Positions 63,421 to 64,000 of a DNA stretch of 64,000 nucleotides are shown piece after piece. Below the pieces are notes generated by a model. That model saw only the letters and a program-made list of their open reading frames with translations. It was not told where the DNA came from and ran no database searches. Both the position numbers and the translations under genes were made by a program. Within the stretch, counting starts at the first letter, position 1; each line of letters begins with the position of its first letter. Origin of the DNA: Perna viridis (taxonomy: Eukaryota); NCBI GenBank assembly GCA_037379345.1, contig CM074522.1, positions 37,825,288 to 37,889,287 of the forward strand, written 5' to 3'.

Positions 63421-64000
63421 TTAATTGAACTGAATGCTGATACTTCTTTTAATAAGAATTTGATGCTCATACATTATTAAACTGAGATTCTTTTCTAGCT
63501 GAAGTAGTTTCAAGAGATTAAAGTTACATTTGTTACACTTTCGAAAAATGGCCATAGTTTCAACTTGCAAAATGAATGCATGCACCAGTCCTTCTAAGAA
63601 CCTTATTGAGAATTTTTTTTAAAAAGTTGTTACGAAATGTTGTAAAATGATTGCAAATACTAGTATCATTTTTTTCCTTTGGTGTACAGTGACTGTGTAT
63701 ATAGGATGCCTTAAAATATAAACTTAAAAATGTTCTTGTATAGAAAATGTATTTAAATTGCTCAGTAACCTTCCTAAATTTGTATTGAAATTGTATTGGA
63801 ACTGGTCTATTTCAACTAGCTGTAATTTGATCTGATGAAGCAGTGTAGCGAATAGAATCGTCACATTCTGAGACGTTGTGCAATATTGATTTGTTGTGAC
63901 ATGTATCCTACAAAACAACACCTAGTCATTCTGGACGTTACCTCACTCTATACCAACATTCCTCATTCTGATGGCATCGAAGCGTGCAGAGAATTGTTGG

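Overview
AT-rich, intron-containing eukaryotic DNA. The repeat families suggest a bivalve or other mollusc (inference). There are two parts. (1) 1-18.5 kb holds the 3' portion of LSG1 (circularly permuted 60S-export GTPase) on +, with 9 recoverable coding exons. It includes a clear U12-type (minor-spliceosome) intron and several tandem duplications sitting on exon boundaries, notably a 9-copy array of a splice donor. (2) 28-63 kb is a cluster of four intact genes plus two pseudogenes for a ~680-aa secreted protein that I cannot assign to a named family. The protein has a signal peptide, coiled coils, 7 conserved Cys and His-rich putative metal-binding motifs, and its CDS has no introns. One older paralog lies on - (head-to-head). 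Three lie on +, in a recent ~12.85-kb tandem duplication whose middle gene is a B/A chimera, as expected from unequal crossing-over. Between and around the genes are decayed Penelope-like retroelements, Helentron/HINE-like elements, MITEs, minisatellites and a TTAA-bounded ~6-kb structure with >1-kb inverted arms.
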